Below, piece by piece: positions 1-9,258 of a stretch of 64,000 nt of DNA (positions within the stretch are counted from its first letter, which is position 1; each line of letters starts with the position of its first letter). The notes beneath the pieces are model-generated. The model saw only the letters and a list, made by a program, of their open reading frames with translations. It was not told where the DNA came from and ran no database searches. This stretch comes from Rhodobacterales bacterium (GTDB lineage: Bacteria; Pseudomonadota; Alphaproteobacteria; Rhodobacterales; Rhodobacteraceae). The stretch covers positions 1,815 to 65,814 of the forward strand of contig JAUNVT010000001.1 of NCBI GenBank assembly GCA_030540655.1, given 5' to 3'. Made by a program: the position numbers and the translations under genes.

Positions 1-200
1 CAGCGCGCACGATATCGCCTCGTCAAGCGGCACGCCCGCGGCATCACCACGGGCACGGCTTCGACCGTCATGGCATCGGCCACAGCGTCCTGTAGCCCCA
101 GCCCGCAGGGAATCATAAGAACAGCGGCGACATACCATGCCTCGACCGGCAGGACCGCACCCATCGCGGCGGGTCCAGTGACCAGCAGATATATGCCGGC
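1..200 (-). pseudogene. 3-prime portion of an interrupted polytopic membrane transporter gene (MFS/BT1-like, tentative); the frame runs off the left edge
   Basis: The minus-strand frame is open from about 221 to 1 and reads AGIYLLVTGPAAMGAVLPVEAWYVAAVLMIPCGLGLQDAVADAMTVEAVP. This shows hydrophobic helices plus a QDxVADAM-like motif that I associate from memory with BT1/MFS transporters. It is not in the ORF track because it is edge-truncated. Confidence 0.3.
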
Positions 201-201
201 T

Positions 202-1406
202 TCAACTGGTCGTCGCAACATGTTCTGCTGGATGCGTCTTGAGCAGTGGGTCGAGAGCTTTGGCGGGTGTTCGTCAGCCGAGGGTCTTGTTGTTCAAAGC
301 GTGCGCAACAGCGATCGCCTGGTGCCATGCTGAAAGATCCGTTCACTTTGGAAATATTAGCGCAGCAGCCCGGTGGTGTTTTCATTGCTTCCGCGCTGCA
401 AAGGGCTTTGTGGGTCACAGAAATGAAATTCCATCGCCGTATCGATCTGGAGTTGTGTATGTTGAGCCATTTCCGCACCCTGACCCTGACCCTGACCCTG
501 CGTCGAGGAGCGCCGAGATGAGTAGGTAGGCACAGGATTGTCGCCGCGCTCGCGTCGCGGACAGCCTCTGCACCATGACCGGCCAGTGCAGGTGCATTTC
601 CCGGCATATCGCCCTTTCAATGGCCCGCCATACGCGGCAGGTGCAAAAGCATGGTGAAGCGTGTTGTGTGCTCGGGCGCAGTGCCAATCACTGAACTTCT
701 CTGACCGGGAATGTCGCCCTTCCAATGCCCAAGGACAGCCCTGTCGCCAATCCCTGCTGGGCGGTCGCTGATCATCAGCGTCTCTGCGAGGAAGGGTCTG
801 CCACGACTTCGGGTACGTTCGCGAGGCAACCGCAGCGCGCGGCCAGAGCGCATACAGGCCGAGAGGTCCACCTCGCCTTAAATACAGAGCGCCTGATAGA
901 CGGCCTCCTAGCCGGTACGCATGGTTGAATCCTTGGGGAAGTCTCTCTTCAGACGTTGCGCGATCTGTTCCGGGCTCCAGGCACGGGACCAGCGGCGGCT
1001 TTGCCGGTGAACGGCCCGCCGTCCTTTCCATACCGCAACAGGCTCATTAAAGGCGATGCCACCATGCGGGGCGATAAGACCGCACAGTCGGTACTGCGCA
1101 TAATCATGCAAGGCGGGGTCAGTCGCCAGCCTGATGGATTCCAGGCGCTGGCTGCGCGATCCGCATGCCACACTGGGAGAGCGCGATAGTCGAAATCCCC
1201 GCTGCGCGTTGCAGATTACGCCTGATCTCCCGCGAAACTGTGCTGGGTGACCTTGGACAGCTTGCGTGCAATTGCGCGCATACTGTCCCTCTTGCACATT
1301 CCAGAGCAATTTCTTCTGGTTCAGAGTGAATCAGGATCCGGCTCGTCAGGGACATCGCCGAGGGTGCAGGATGTGCGGAGGCATTCCGCCAGAACTTCGA
1401 AACCAC
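202..1406 (-). pseudogene. IS30-family DDE transposase inactivated by frameshifts and in-frame stops
   Basis: Conserved IS30 blocks appear in the correct order but in different frames: SPSTVSREIRRN (HTH region), WSPEQIAQRLKRDFP, GHWKGDIPG..TRFTMLL, and FCDPQSPLQRGSNENTTGLLR. A TAA follows at 357..359, then YF.., then LNNKTLG-TGA-RTPAKALD. Confidence 0.8.
478..500. repeat. Hexanucleotide microsatellite (CCCTGA) of about 3.8 copies inside the dead IS30 transposase
   Basis: Direct reading gives ccctgaccctgaccctgaccctg, which reads as GQGQGQG in the minus-strand transposase frame. Confidence 0.9.
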
Positions 1407-1586
1407 CTGATTCCGACAGGACCGGAAACACCCGCTTCGACGGCGGACACCTCACTGGAATGACCTGCGGCCAACCCCCCGCCAGAACCGGCACAGATGC
1501 TCATGTTGCCAGTCTCGATGGCCCTCCCGGCGAGCGTAATTTGCGTTTTGCGTCGAAGGTTCTGATTTACGTCTGCCTGATGTTAT

Positions 1587-1800
1587 CTATACCTCCTGGA
1601 ACGGGTGTTGCGACGACCGGATGAATCCGCCCTGACTGCCGCGATCGGTGTGATGGGTGCAGCCTTTGGACGATGTGCGAAAGGCAATGGGCATCTTCAA
1701 CGCGCGGATCGCCAGATCGCGCTTCATCCGGTTGCTCCCGGCCTCACCAATGATGCCGGAAATGCAGATCACGTATCACAGCCAGGTACAAGTAGGATGG
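1587..1800 (-). pseudogene. IS3-family OrfB (rve integrase) remnant
   Basis: ORF 1587..1772 reads NRMKRDLAIRALKMPIAFRTSSKGCTHHTDRGSQ, matching the IS3-family block ending HSDRGSQY. It is preceded, in another frame, by YLYLAVIRDLH (compare YLAVVIDLxSR). There is no OrfA and no C-terminal half. Confidence 0.55.
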
Positions 1801-2043
1801 TAATGCCCAGAGCAGGCCCGCCCCGAACGCCAAGCCAGCAAGGAAAGCGGCAGACCGGCCAAGATTCCTTGACGAAAATGTGCCCCCAATACCGGTGGTC
1901 GACGAAATATCGTAGGCAAGATTGATCATCAGGGGCGGCAGGTAGGACCAACGCATCTGCCGCCTCAGTTCCAGCAGCGCCGGGTCTGCCCAGGTAAAGG
2001 CGGCCTGCTTTGAGATTGGTTTGCGCCCGGTATTCAAAGCCAC
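1800..2043 (-). pseudogene. 5-prime fragment (about 80 codons) of a membrane transporter gene truncated by the IS debris
   Basis: A GTG at 2043 lies just downstream of pyrD. The product reads MRWSYLPPLM..GRSAAFLAGLAFGAGLLWAL (hydrophobic N-terminal helices) and then reads into IS3-like sequence. It is plausibly the missing N-terminus of the fragment at 1..200. Confidence 0.3.
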
Positions 2044-3092
2044 GCCTCGCGCCGCGTGCCCACCGCGCTGGCCACGTTGGGGTGGCCATCAGCCTCCAGA
2101 AGCCGATCCAGCCCGCGCGCGATCTGCACCACGAGCGGCAGCCCTGCATAGATCAGCGCGGAATAGAGTTGAACAGCGCTGGCCCCCGCTCGGATCTTGG
2201 CATAGGCCTGCTCGGGCGTTGCAATGCCGCCGACGCCGATCAGCGGCATCCTGCCTTCTGTAAGCTGCGACAGCCGCGCCAGAACGCGGGTCGATTTTTC
2301 AAACAGCGGTGCGCCCGACAGCCCGCCGGCCTCATCCTTTGCGGCAGAGGTCAGGCCGCCGCGGTCAAGCGTCGTATTGGTCGCGATGATGCCCGCCAGC
2401 CCGGCGCCGCGCGCGACATCTGCGATCTCGCCCAGCGCGCCATCCTCCAGATCGGGCGCGATCTTCAGAAAGATCGGAACGGGCCGCTCCAGCCCGCGTC
2501 TAGCCTCCATCACGCCCGCCAACAAGGCGCGTAAGGCGTCGCCGCCTTGCAGATCGCGCAGCTTTTCGGTGTTGGGGCTGGACACGTTGACGGTTGCGAA
2601 ATCAACATACCGCCCGCAATGAGCCAGCACGCGGGAGAAATCCTCGGCGCGGTCGCCGCTATCCTTGTTTGCGCCCAGATTGAGACCGATCACCGCATCC
2701 CGAGGCCGCCGCGCCAGCCGCGCCGCCGCCGCCTCCATCCCCAGGTTGTTGAACCCGAAACGGTTGATGACGGCGCGATCCGCAGCAAGGCGGAAAAGAC
2801 GGGGCCGGGGGTTGCCGGGCTGGGGACGGGGCGTCACGGCGCCCACCTCGATCATCCCGAAACCGGCGCGTGCAAGCGGGGTCAGTGCCTCGGCGTTCTT
2901 GTCGAACCCGGCGGCAAGGCCGATGGGGTTGTCCAGCCGCAGCCCCGCCACAGTGCAGGCAAGCCGCTCGGATGTGATGCGTCCCGGCAGCGGCATCAGG
3001 CCACTGCGCAGCGCCCGCAAGGCCAGACCATGCGCGCGCTCGGGGTCCATCCGGTGCAAGAGGCCAAGTCCGATCCGGCTCGCCGCGCTCAT
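2034..3092 (-). CDS. pyrD: Dihydroorotate dehydrogenase (quinone), class 2
   Basis: Motifs [30 protein letters not shown] and SSPNT are present. I chose the start at MSAASRIG (ATG at 3092), which forms an ATGA overlap with the upstream stop. The ORF-track start at 3218 is an extension. Confidence 0.95.
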   Translation of the reverse strand: MSAASRIGLGLLHRMDPERAHGLALRALRSGLMPLPGRITSERLACTVAGLRLDNPIGLAAGFDKNAEALTPLARAGFGMIEVGAVTPRPQPGNPRPRLFRLAADRAVINRFGFNNLGMEAAAARLARRPRDAVIGLNLGANKDSGDRAEDFSRVLAHCGRYVDFATVNVSSPNTEKLRDLQGGDALRALLAGVMEARRGLERPVPIFLKIAPDLEDGALGEIADVARGAGLAGIIATNTTLDRGGLTSAAKDEAGGLSGAPLFEKSTRVLARLSQLTEGRMPLIGVGGIATPEQAYAKIRAGASAVQLYSALIYAGLPLVVQIARGLDRLLEADGHPNVASAVGTRREAWL

Positions 3093-3427
3093 TGCGTGTT
3101 CCACGGAAACCTGTGCGCGCCATCCTGCAAGGGCAGCGGTTCCGCGCTGGTCACATCCTCCAGACGCAGGGGCCGGTAGAGATGAGGAAAAAGCGCGCCG
3201 CCGCGCGACGGCTCCCACCGCAGATCGCCGCCAAGCGCCTCTGCCTCAACGCCAAGGAGCATTAGATCGGCTTCGCCCGCGAAATGTCTGGCTGCTGTTT
3301 CGGGCGCCTGTGCGCGGGTCGAAAAGTGGATATAGCCATCGGCCACATCGACCGGCGCGCCATCGCTGGTGCCTGCGGCGCGCAGGGCGTCCCATTCGGC
3401 GGAACGGAATATCTTGTATATCATCAT
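3089..3427 (-). CDS. DUF952 family protein
   Basis: [34 protein letters not shown] is typical DUF952. The start was trimmed to lie downstream of the ygfZ stop at 3459. Confidence 0.85.
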   Translation of the reverse strand: MMIYKIFRSAEWDALRAAGTSDGAPVDVADGYIHFSTRAQAPETAARHFAGEADLMLLGVEAEALGGDLRWEPSRGGALFPHLYRPLRLEDVTSAEPLPLQDGAHRFPWNTQ

Positions 3428-3458
3428 GAGCCAGTGATGCCGCGCGGCGCGGCGCCGG

Positions 3459-4190
3459 TCAAGCGCGGGTATAGAGGACAGCCGCGCCCGCCGCCTCCAT
3501 CGGACCGGTGGCCCGGTCAAACCGCAGATAGGCAATGCCGCGCCCGCCCGACTGGGTATAAAGCGTGCCCGCCGGTTTGCCGCCCGCTGTAATGTCGCTG
3601 CCCACCGGGGCGGTGCCGTCCACCTCGACCGTTGCCAGACCCTTGCGTAGTTCGGTCTTGTGCTTCATCCGCGCGGTGACTTCCTGACCGACATAGCAGC
3701 CTTTGCGGAAATCGACGCCGTTCAGACGCTCGAACCCGGCCTCCAGGATGAAGGTGTCGGGCGTCAGCTCAATCCCGGTTTCCGGGATGCAATGGGCAAC
3801 GCGCAGCGCGTCCCAATCGGTGCCATCATCCCCCGCATCCGCACCATAGAGCCGCCAGCCCATATCCGCATGGCGGGGGTCGGCCAAAGCATTTGCGGGC
3901 GCCTCGCCAGTGCCGCGCTGAACCTTCAGATCAACCTCGGAAATCTGCACCTCGGCCCGCAGGCGATACATGTTCAGCCGCTGAATCAAGCCGGGCGCAA
4001 TCGTTTTGGCCACGTCCAGATGAATGACGCCATCCCGCTCAAACAGGAAGAAATCGGCCAGATATTTTCCCTGAGGGGTGAGCATGGCGGTGTATACCAA
4101 GCCCTGTGCCAGCTTGGCCAGATCGTTGGTGATCAGCCCCTGAAGGAAGTGGTGGGCATCACTGCCCGTGATCTGGTGGATGGAGCGCAT
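3459..4190 (-). CDS. ygfZ: Folate-binding YgfZ-family protein (Fe-S cluster repair / tRNA modification)
   Basis: N-terminal GSDAHHFLQGLITND and the signature KGCYVGQEVTARMKH are present. Confidence 0.85.
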   Translation of the reverse strand: MRSIHQITGSDAHHFLQGLITNDLAKLAQGLVYTAMLTPQGKYLADFFLFERDGVIHLDVAKTIAPGLIQRLNMYRLRAEVQISEVDLKVQRGTGEAPANALADPRHADMGWRLYGADAGDDGTDWDALRVAHCIPETGIELTPDTFILEAGFERLNGVDFRKGCYVGQEVTARMKHKTELRKGLATVEVDGTAPVGSDITAGGKPAGTLYTQSGGRGIAYLRFDRATGPMEAAGAAVLYTRA

Positions 4191-4258
4191 GACTGCTACC
4201 TCTCGCTTGGTGCCCGGCCTGTCTACAGGATCAAGGGCGCGGGCAACAGGGGGCGGTG

Positions 4259-4930
4259 ATGCGCGCAGGATTGTCGGTTATCGTGCCGGTGCTCGATGCC
4301 GCAGATGATCTTCCGGCATTGCTGGGCGGTCTCATGGCAGGGGTTGAGGCAGGTTTGATTCGCGAACTGATCCTGTCGGACGGCGGATCGCGCGACGGTG
4401 CGGCACAGATCGCAAAAGAAGTGGGCGCGGTCTGGGTCGCGGGGCCTGCATCGCGGGGCGGGCAATTGCGCCGCGGGGCCGACGCGGCAGAGGGCGCGTG
4501 GCTGCTTTTCCTTCATGCCGACACGCAGCTTCCCGAAGGCTGGGTTCGGGCAGTCAAGGCGCAGATGGCTGACGGCAGACCCGGCTATTTTCGTCTGACC
4601 TTTGATTCGCAAGGGATCGCGCCCGGTATTGTTGCTGGCTGGGCCAATCTGCGCGCGCGGCTGCTGTGCCTGCCATATGGCGATCAGGGGCTGTTGATTG
4701 CGCGGGACGAATATGAGGCGCTGGGCGGATACCAGGATATTCCGCTCATGGAGGATGTCGCAATGTCCCGCCTGCTGGGGCGGCGGCTGCGGATGATGCC
4801 TCTGGCGCTGCGCAGCAGCGCGGCTCGGTATCGGCGGGATGGCTGGCTGAGGCGGGGCGCGCGCAACATGTGGCTTCTTGCGCGCTACCTCATGGGGAGC
4901 GACCCCGAGAGGCTGCGTAAACTTTACTGA
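4259..4930 (+). CDS. Family-2 glycosyltransferase of the TIGR04283 type
   Basis: LSVIVPVLDAADDL at the N-terminus and LPYGDQGLLIARDEYEALGGYQDIPLMEDVAMSRLL. The GTG at 4256 is immediately followed by the ATG at 4259. Confidence 0.75.
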   Translation: MRAGLSVIVPVLDAADDLPALLGGLMAGVEAGLIRELILSDGGSRDGAAQIAKEVGAVWVAGPASRGGQLRRGADAAEGAWLLFLHADTQLPEGWVRAVKAQMADGRPGYFRLTFDSQGIAPGIVAGWANLRARLLCLPYGDQGLLIARDEYEALGGYQDIPLMEDVAMSRLLGRRLRMMPLALRSSAARYRRDGWLRRGARNMWLLARYLMGSDPERLRKLY

Positions 4931-4961
4931 ATAGGGACGCGCAAAAAATTATCCTGCCCGC

Positions 4962-4990
4962 TTGCCTCGCCGCGCGGCGCGCGCTAACAG
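4962..4990 (+). promoter_or_regulatory. Candidate sigma-70 promoter for tRNA-Gly (TTGCCT-N17-TAACAG)
   Basis: The hexamers have 17-nt spacing and end 12 nt before the mature tRNA 5-prime end. The -10 element is weak. Confidence 0.3.
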
Positions 4991-5002
4991 AGGCATGTCC
5001 GA

Positions 5003-5076
5003 GCGGGCGTTGTGTAATGGTAAGACCTCAGCCTTCCAAGCTGATGATACGGGTTCGATTCCCGTCGCCCGCTCCA
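5003..5076 (+). tRNA. tRNA-Gly (anticodon UCC), CCA encoded
   Basis: Acceptor GCGGGCG/CGCCCGC, anticodon arm TCAGC-CTTCCAA-GCTGA, and T-arm ACGGG-TTCGATT-CCCGT. It is nearly identical to E. coli glyT in the anticodon and T arms. Confidence 0.95.
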
Positions 5077-5231
5077 GGAAGCTCATTGCAGTAGTGGGTG
5101 TTTGACGCCAATCATTTCCAGCGCAGCGGGAAAGCGACGCGGTCAATCCAGCGTTGCGCCGCTTGATTTTTTGGTTCTGACCGGCAGTTGACGCCGGGCT
5201 GACATATAGTCGGCCGCTTTCCCCGCAGAAC

Positions 5232-5268
5232 AAAAAAACGGGCGCCGGAATGACCATCGCCCGTTTTT
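5232..5268. terminator. Bidirectional intrinsic terminator (serves soxG on the minus strand and possibly tRNA-Gly on the plus strand)
   Basis: The stem CGGGCG/CGCCCG has an A7 run on one side and a T5 run on the other. Read on the minus strand, the hairpin is followed by TTTTTTT. Confidence 0.7.
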
Positions 5269-5321
5269 CCATTGCGAAAGGCGCTACAAGCGGCGCCTCC
5301 GATTTTCAAATACCAGCCGCC

Positions 5322-5894
5322 TCAGATAACGTTCCGGGCCGACAATTCGACCGCGTGGAGGAAGGATTTGGCCGAAGAGCTGGCCGAGAGCAGCAGAAAC
5401 GAGTCATCGCCGGTACGCGCAATGATGGCGCCCATATGCTCCATCACCGTCCGCGCAACGGCGCCTACGGCAAAGGCATCAGGGTGCAGGTCGATTGGGC
5501 AGATCCGCTCCAGCGCACGGCGTGCGCCGGGGCCGGAGATCTCCAGCGAACACCATGCATCGGTCTGATCGGTCGTGTAGGCCGTGCCGTTCAGCTTGGC
5601 CGCGATCTGGCGTTCTGCATCGGGCGTGGCGCTGGTGAAGACAACAAAGGCCTGATCGGCGCCAAGGCGCATGAGCGACGCCGTGCCGTCCTTGGTCGGG
5701 CTCGACGTGCCCACCGTGTCTGGCAGATCGATGCCGAAAGCCGATGTGATTGCCGCTTTGGCTGCGTCTTCACCCCCCAAGGGCAGGGCGATGGAGACTA
5801 TGGCCAGATCTTTTGGCGCGCTCAGCTTGATATCGCCAAAGCTGCTGTTGTAGCCCGCCAGAGGCGGTGCGGAGATGAGGGTGAAATCAGGCAC
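5322..5894 (-). CDS. soxG: Sarcosine oxidase gamma subunit
   Basis: It occupies the last position of soxBDAG. I chose the GTG start at 5894 (VPDFTLISAPPLAGY), which overlaps the soxA TGA. The ORF-track start at 6023 lies inside soxA. Confidence 0.8.
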   Translation of the reverse strand: MPDFTLISAPPLAGYNSSFGDIKLSAPKDLAIVSIALPLGGEDAAKAAITSAFGIDLPDTVGTSSPTKDGTASLMRLGADQAFVVFTSATPDAERQIAAKLNGTAYTTDQTDAWCSLEISGPGARRALERICPIDLHPDAFAVGAVARTVMEHMGAIIARTGDDSFLLLSASSSAKSFLHAVELSARNVI

Positions 5895-8838
5895 GCAGAC
5901 GCTCTCCTTCGGGATCGATGAAGTGGGCCGAGACAATCTCGACGTCCATCTCGGTGTTGTGAACAGGGCTGACGGCGCGGACAATCTCGCCCATGCGCGT
6001 ATGGCCTGATTTGATGAAGCCAAGCCCGACCGAGTGATTCAGGCTGGGCGACCAGGCAACAGATGTCATCCAGCCCTGATCGTTGGCCATTGTGGCCTCA
6101 TCGCCCTTGGTGAGGAAATGCGACCCCGCAATCAGTTTCTGGCTGCGATCGACAGGGCGGAAGCCCACCAGTCTTTCGGCATCGTCACGATTCATGTCAG
6201 GACGCTGGGACAGGATCTTGCCGATACTGTCCTTCTTCTTGCTGACCATTCCGCCCATGCCCAGCATGTGCGCCGTGGTGCGCCCGTCCAGCTCGTTCCC
6301 GGCCGCGTGACCCTTTTCGATCCGCATCACCCCCAGTGCCTCGGTGCCGTAGGGGCAGGCGCCGAATTCCTCGCCCGCCTTCATAAGGGCTTCGATCAGC
6401 GAATTGCCGTAGCGTGCAGGCACCGCGATCTCATAGGCCAGTTCGCCCGAGAAGGAGATCCGGAACAGGCGACCCGGCGTGCCACCGCAGACTGTCACCT
6501 CGCCGCAAGCCATGAAGGGGAACGCCTCATTGGACATGTCCTGGCTATCGGCATCGACGATCTTGCTGAGCAGCTTGCGTGCATTCGGCCCGGCAACAGC
6601 GAACTGCGCCCACGCATCGGTGGTCGAGATCAGGTGCACGTCCATCTCGGGGAAAAGGCACTGACGCGCGAATTCCATCCGCCGGAACACCAGAACCGCG
6701 TTGGCCGTGGTGGTGGTCATCACGAAGTGGTTTTCCGACATGCGCGCGGTAGTGCCGTCATCATAGCAGATGCCGTCCTCGCGCAGCATGATGCCATAGC
6801 GCACCCGGCCGACGGCCAGCTTCGCAAAGGCGTTCGCATAAACCTTGTTCAGGAATTCTGCCGCATCCTTGCCCTGGATATCGATCTTGCCCAGCGTGGT
6901 CACGTCGCAGATGCCAACGGAATTCCGGGTATTCAGCACCTCGCGGTCAACGGAATCGCGCCAGCCGTTTTCATTGCCTTTGACAAACCATTGCGCGCGC
7001 AGCCAGTTGCCGACCTCGACAAAGGTCGCCCCATGCCTGGTGGCCCATTCATGGCTGGGTGTCAGGCGGTAGGGGCGGAAATCCTTGCCGCGCGACCGGC
7101 CGGCCAGCGCGCCGATCGGCACGGGCGTATAAGGCGGGCGGAAGATGGTGGTTCCGGTTTCGGGGATCGACTTGCCTGTGCATTCCGACATGATCGCCAG
7201 CGCCGACATGTTCGATGTCTTGCCCTGATCGGTGGCCATGCCGGTGGTGGTGTAACGCTTCAGATGCTCGACCGATTTGAACCCCTCGCGGTGGGACAAT
7301 CTGATGTCCTTGACTGTCACGTCGTTCTGGAAATCGACCCAGGCGCGCTTCTTGCCCGAAGGGATGTGCCATTTCGGCTCGCAGCTGAATCCTTCGTCCT
7401 CTGCCGTGGGAGCGGCGGTGTCCGGCGCGGTAAAGCCGAGGTCGGACAGTTGCGCGTTCGCGGCATCCCGGCCTGCGGTAAGAGCCGCGCCCAATGACAG
7501 TGCGCCGTTGGCCGCACCCGCGACGACCATACCCGCAGGCAGGATATTGCCGGGTACGAAAGCCGAAATCTGTTCATTCCACACCGGGCGACCCTGCTGG
7601 TGGCAAGTCAGGTGCACAGCCGGGTTCCACCCGCCCGAGACGGCAAGACAATCGGTATCGATCATCTGCCCATCAGTCAGGGTGATGCGCGACAGCGCCC
7701 TGCGGCCCGCCGTGTCAACCACGCCCGCGCCGCGGATGTGACGCGCGCCGGCAACCTCAAGTGGCGCTGGCCCGTTGCGCGTATCGATCACCGCAGTGAC
7801 CGCGATACCTTTGGCGACCAGATCGTGAGCGGTACGCCAGCCATCGTCATTGTTGGTCAGAACCGCGACGCGCTTGCCCGGTGCCACGCCGAAGCGATTG
7901 ACATAGGTGCGCACGGCGCTGGCCAGCATGATGCCGGGGCGGTCGTTGTTGCCAAAGGCGATGGGCCGCTCGGTTGCGCCCGCCGCCAGCACGGCGCGTT
8001 TGGAATAGATCCGCCACAGAACCTGCCGCGGCTTGCCGCCTGCGCCGGGCAGGTGGTCGGTGCAGCGCTCAAGCGCGCCATAGATGCCGTGGTCATAGGC
8101 ACCATAGACAGTTGTGCGTGTCATCAGACGCACGTTATCCATCGAAGTCAGTTCGGCCACGGCCTGCGTGGCCCAATCCGTTCCGGACATGCCGTCCACA
8201 GCGTATGTTTCCGAGTTCAGACGTCCGCCGGGCGCGAAATCCTCATCCGCGAGAATGACCCGAGCGCCGCTGCGCGCCGCAGCCAGCGCGGCCGAAAGGC
8301 CAGCAGGGCCAGCACCGATAACGAGCAGATCGCAATGAAGGAACCCCTTGTCATAGGTGTCGGGATCTTCCTGCATCGACAGACGGCCCAGACCGGCCGA
8401 TTTGCGGATGATGGGCTCGTAGACTTTCTCCCAGAAGGCGGCGGGCCACATGAAGGTCTTGTAGTAGAACCCTGCGCTCAGAAAAGGCGAGGCCAGATCG
8501 GTTATCGCCATGAAATCGTTTTCCAGCGAACCGCGGTGGTTCTGGCTGGCGGCGGTCAACCCGTCAAAGAGCTCGGTAACGGTGGCGCGGGTGTTGGGTT
8601 CCTGCGCGGCACCGCTGCGCAACTCCACCAGCGCGTTCGGCTCTTCGGAGCCGTCGGTGAGGATGCCACGGGGGCGGTGATACTTGAACGACCGCCCGAC
8701 CAGCACCTGACCGTTGGCCAGCAGCGCCGAGGCCAGCGTATCGCCAGCATAGCCCTGCATCGACTTGCCGTTGAACGTAAAGTTCATCGTCCTGGAGCGG
8801 TCGACAAGACCGCCAGTGATACGGTTGATCTGGCTCAT
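5887..8838 (-). CDS. soxA: Sarcosine oxidase alpha subunit
   Basis: The 983-aa product has an N-terminal 2Fe-2S-like/FAD region (DLLVIGAGPAGLSAA) and a C-terminal aminomethyltransferase-like folate-binding domain. Its ATGA overlaps soxD. Confidence 0.95.
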   Translation of the reverse strand: MSQINRITGGLVDRSRTMNFTFNGKSMQGYAGDTLASALLANGQVLVGRSFKYHRPRGILTDGSEEPNALVELRSGAAQEPNTRATVTELFDGLTAASQNHRGSLENDFMAITDLASPFLSAGFYYKTFMWPAAFWEKVYEPIIRKSAGLGRLSMQEDPDTYDKGFLHCDLLVIGAGPAGLSAALAAARSGARVILADEDFAPGGRLNSETYAVDGMSGTDWATQAVAELTSMDNVRLMTRTTVYGAYDHGIYGALERCTDHLPGAGGKPRQVLWRIYSKRAVLAAGATERPIAFGNNDRPGIMLASAVRTYVNRFGVAPGKRVAVLTNNDDGWRTAHDLVAKGIAVTAVIDTRNGPAPLEVAGARHIRGAGVVDTAGRRALSRITLTDGQMIDTDCLAVSGGWNPAVHLTCHQQGRPVWNEQISAFVPGNILPAGMVVAGAANGALSLGAALTAGRDAANAQLSDLGFTAPDTAAPTAEDEGFSCEPKWHIPSGKKRAWVDFQNDVTVKDIRLSHREGFKSVEHLKRYTTTGMATDQGKTSNMSALAIMSECTGKSIPETGTTIFRPPYTPVPIGALAGRSRGKDFRPYRLTPSHEWATRHGATFVEVGNWLRAQWFVKGNENGWRDSVDREVLNTRNSVGICDVTTLGKIDIQGKDAAEFLNKVYANAFAKLAVGRVRYGIMLREDGICYDDGTTARMSENHFVMTTTTANAVLVFRRMEFARQCLFPEMDVHLISTTDAWAQFAVAGPNARKLLSKIVDADSQDMSNEAFPFMACGEVTVCGGTPGRLFRISFSGELAYEIAVPARYGNSLIEALMKAGEEFGACPYGTEALGVMRIEKGHAAGNELDGRTTAHMLGMGGMVSKKKDSIGKILSQRPDMNRDDAERLVGFRPVDRSQKLIAGSHFLTKGDEATMANDQGWMTSVAWSPSLNHSVGLGFIKSGHTRMGEIVRAVSPVHNTEMDVEIVSAHFIDPEGERLRA

Positions 8839-9122
8839 TTGCTGCGCCCCCGTGCGCGGGCCACGTCGCGGGCCATTTCGACATTCGTGATTTCGTGGGT
8901 CAGGGTATCGCGGGTCACGACGAGCCAGCTGCGGTCGCCCTGTTCGTGATACCAGAGTTCCTGCATCGGACCGGCAATATTGTCGCGCAGATAGCCGTAT
9001 TCATGAAAGGCCTCGGCTGCGTCATCGGCCTCCCAGTCGGGGCGGTCGATAAGGCACGCATCGCCGAGGTAAATGAATTCGGCAACGTCGCGCGGTCCAA
9101 GAAGGGGATGGTTGATGATCAT
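8835..9122 (-). CDS. soxD: Sarcosine oxidase delta subunit
   Basis: MIINHPLLGPRDVAEFIYLGDA..WYHEQG. The start at 9122 is preceded by GAGGTGA. Confidence 0.9.
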   Translation of the reverse strand: MIINHPLLGPRDVAEFIYLGDACLIDRPDWEADDAAEAFHEYGYLRDNIAGPMQELWYHEQGDRSWLVVTRDTLTHEITNVEMARDVARARGRSK

Positions 9123-9142
9123 TTGCTCACCTCGAAGTGACA

Positions 9143-9162
9143 CGGAATTCGCGCGAATTCCG
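9143..9162. repeat. 20-bp perfect palindrome CGGAATTCGCGCGAATTCCG in the soxB-soxD intercistronic gap
   Basis: Direct reading shows 10-bp arms with no spacer, inside a 136-bp gap in an otherwise tightly coupled operon. Confidence 0.9.
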
Positions 9163-9258
9163 GGGATGCAAGTTGCGATGTCTGCGCGTCACACGATTTT
9201 GACGAATGGCGGCAGAGCGGGGCGTGAGTATTCTGGTCTGACAAGAACATCCGGCCCC

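Larger units (their letters stand above)
200..1520 (-). mobile_element. IS30-family insertion sequence, degraded (boundaries approximate)
   Basis: The transposase frame can be traced through minus-strand ORF pieces 1119..1406, 908..1309, 617..871 and 357..1031, plus an unlisted tail to about 202. Candidate imperfect terminal inverted repeats are ACTGG(TCGTC)GCAACATG at 205..222 and CATGTTGCCAGT at 1502..1513. Confidence 0.6.

Noticed and set aside
6034-8949. Two long plus-strand ORFs (487 and 449 aa) opposite soxA
   Set aside because: soxA on the minus strand is full length and sits in a coupled soxBDAG operon. The plus-strand frames are shadow ORFs.
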